From Mustelus asterias (taxonomy: Eukaryota): a DNA stretch of 64,000 bases. The notes under the pieces are model-generated. The model was not told where the DNA came from and ran no database searches. It saw nothing but the letters and a program-made list of their open reading frames with translations. Shown piece by piece: positions 61,425 to 64,000 of the stretch (position 1 is its first letter; each line of letters opens with the position of its first letter). The position numbers were made by a program, and so were the translations under genes. The stretch covers positions 59,644,001 through 59,708,000 of the forward strand of contig NC_135804.1 in NCBI RefSeq assembly GCF_964213995.1, read 5' to 3'.

Positions 61425-62713
61425 TAGAACATAGAACAGAGAACATTACAGCGCAGAACAGGCCCTTCGGCCCACGATGTTGCACCGACCAGTTAAAAAA
61501 AAAAACTGTGACCCTCCAACCTAAACCAATTTCTTTTCGTCCATGAACCTATCTACGGATCTCTTAAACGCCCCCAAACTAGGCGCATTTACTACTGATG
61601 CTGGCAGGGCATTCCAATCCCTCACCACCCTCTGGGTAAAGAACCTACCCCTGACATCGGTTCTATAACTACCCCCCCTCAATTTAAAGCCATGCCCCCT
61701 CGTGCTGGATTTCTCCATCAGAGGAAAAAGGCTATCACTATCCACCCTATCTAAACCTCTAATCATCTTATATGTTTCAATAAGATCCCCTCTTAGCCGC
61801 CGCCGTTCCAGCGAAAACAATCCCAAATCCCTCAGCCTCTCCTCATAGGATCTCCCCTCCATACCAGGCAACATCCTGGTAAACCTCCTCTGCACCCTCT
61901 CCAAAGCCTCCACATCCTTCCTGTAATGTGGGGACCAGAACTGCACACAGTACTCCAAGTGCGGCCTCACCAGAGTTGTGTACAGTTGCAACATAACGCT
62001 ACGACTCCTAAATTCAATCCCCCTACCAATAAACGCCAAGACACCATATGCCTTCTTAACAACCTTATCTACTTGATTCCCAACTTTCAGGGATCTATGC
62101 ACACATACACCTAGATCCCTCTGCTCCTCCACACTATTCAAAGTCCTCCCGTTAGCCCTATACTCAACACATCTGTTATTCCTACCAAAGTGAATTACCT
62201 CACACTTCTCCGCATTAAACTCCATCCGCCACCTCTCGGCCCAACTTTGCAACCTGTCTAAGTCTTCCTGCAAACTACGACACCCTTCCTCACTGTCTAC
62301 CACACCACCGACTTTGGTGTCATCAGCAAATTTGCTAATCCACCCAACTATACCCTCATCCAGATCATTAATAAATATTACAAACAGCAGTGGCCCCAAA
62401 ACAGATCCCTGAGGTACACCACTTGTAACCGCACTCCATGATGAATATTTACTATCAACCACCACCCTCTGTTTCCTATCCGCTAGCCAATTCCTGATCC
62501 AATTTCCTAGATCACCCCCAATCCCATACATCTGCATTTTCTGCAGAAGCCTACCATGGTGAACCTTATCAAACGCCTTACTAAAATCCATATATACCAC
62601 GTCCACTGCCTTGCCCCCATCCACCTCCTTGGTCACTTTCTCAAAAAACTCAATAAGGTTAGTAAGGCACGACCTACCTGCCACAAAACCATGCTGACTA
62701 TCACCTATCAATT
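61425..62713 (-). mobile_element. Young 5'-truncated CR1, sibling of the 24571 element
   Basis: ORF 61521..62726 is identical in amino-acid sequence to the C-terminal part of 26889..29123 from LIGDSQHG to EKKLV. Confidence 0.97.
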
Positions 62714-62974
62714 GGCCGTGGATCAATCCTCATGTTGAAATTTTAGGAGGGCTGGCACCTATCTTGATGTATGAATCTCGTCAATTGAAAGTATTTTAAA
62801 ATTAAATTTAACTCTTGATTTTTAGACGTATCACATTACTTTAAGTAAATAAACATTTCATGTGTCTTTTTACCGTCGACTTTGGAAATGACTGAGCGAG
62901 CCTTTCCTGTTCATAGAATTTAAATCTGAGTTGCATTCCGGTATCTTCAACACCAGTCCATGCTGGTTGTATAC

Positions 62975-63028
62975 CTGTCTCTGTAAATATTCCATGAACG
63001 AAATAAAAAAAACGAAGAAACGATACAT
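62975..63028 (-). pseudogene. Candidate third paralog leader exon, 1 nt short in a T8 run
   Basis: ATGTATCGTTTCTTCG-T8-ATTTCGTTCATGGAATATTTACAGAGACAG|gtatac. One extra T gives MYRFFVFFYFVHGIFTET plus G (55 nt, phase 1, as in gene B). Confidence 0.4.
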
Positions 63029-64000
63029 TGTCCACTTTCTTCACTTCCGGAGAAAATCTTAAACCGGTACTCTGTTTCCCTCTTCTGGGCATCAGTAGAC
63101 TGCACAACATCTATTATTTCAGCGAAGGACAAGGAGATCTTCCGGTCAGCTGTTTCTCAATACTCAGCTCTTAAATTCGAGTATATCTTTGAGAAACCTC
63201 CCAACGTTATTTTGTGTTTAGGGTCTAAAACAGCACCTGTTTACTCAGTTACAACTAATAACTTTAACATTAATTATTGGTTTTGTGAAATGCTATAGGA
63301 TGACTGTGTAGGCTTTACGGCGCCACGTCAATGGAAACTCACTACTTTCCTTTACAATTGTAAGCGTATAGTCGGGGAAACTTTCACATTATAAAGTGAA
63401 TGTATTCAGTTCCCACATTTGTACAAACAAATGTCTGAATTTGAATTGAGAATTCTTAGATATCCATTAAGGTTAAATATTCCATATTTCAATTAATTTT
63501 AAAAGCATGTAATCGTTGAGAATATGAGACGCAAATCAATGAGTGAGAGATAATTGAATATAAATATGACTCAAGCAGGGAGTGATCTCATCAGCTCGCA
63601 GAGAGATACCGTCCAGTCAAACGAGTTGTTTCCCGCACTGAAACTGGATTAGTTTGAGATGAACCCTGTCGTTAATGCGAAGTGTGTCCGAAATAAAATA
63701 ACTGCAATTCGCACCAGGAAAGCAAATAACACACGCAATGGTCGTTTTTCTTCAACTTGATTATCTCTAATGTGGAATCTTGCATAATTTCTGCAGCCTT
63801 GACCTGTCGATTAGCATGCGTAACATGCGTGTATTTGCATGTTTTAATCTGAGCTTTATATGTTGGGGAGATATCCAAGTGAAATATTTCATCTTCACAT
63901 GATATATGCAGGTGGAAATCATTGCCGAGCGAACAGGAGTGGAGGCTCCAACAAATGAACACATCTGGTCCACCAGTGTATTTTAAGATCGGCAGATTGC

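Overview
Eukaryotic genomic DNA, almost certainly from a cartilaginous fish. The HE1-type V-SINEs, dense CR1/HER1-type LINEs, Rex1 and Penelope fragments point to a shark. Most of the window is retroelement sequence of several ages. This includes one nearly intact full-length CR1 (24571-29231) with a tandem 217-bp 5' monomer array, a protein-identical inverted sibling (61425-62713), and a solo LTR with a 4-bp target-site duplication (TSD; 35541-36366). Between the repeats sit two divergently oriented, multi-exon, non-rearranging immunoglobulin-superfamily receptor genes with an antigen-receptor-like layout: leader / V with germline-joined J-like G strand / C1-set / TM. Gene A (minus strand, 15006 to about 8250) ends in an ITIM-bearing cytoplasmic exon with an out-of-frame ITSM. 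Gene B (plus strand, 48601 to about 57572) has an FcR-gamma-type TM arginine and a short tail. Together they look like an inhibitory/activating paired-receptor locus (NKp30/SIRP/VJ-C1-like). A third, frameshifted leader exon lies at 63028-62975. All exon boundaries were read by hand from splice signals and phase. No database search was run, so family names are tentative, and repeat boundaries are approximate.
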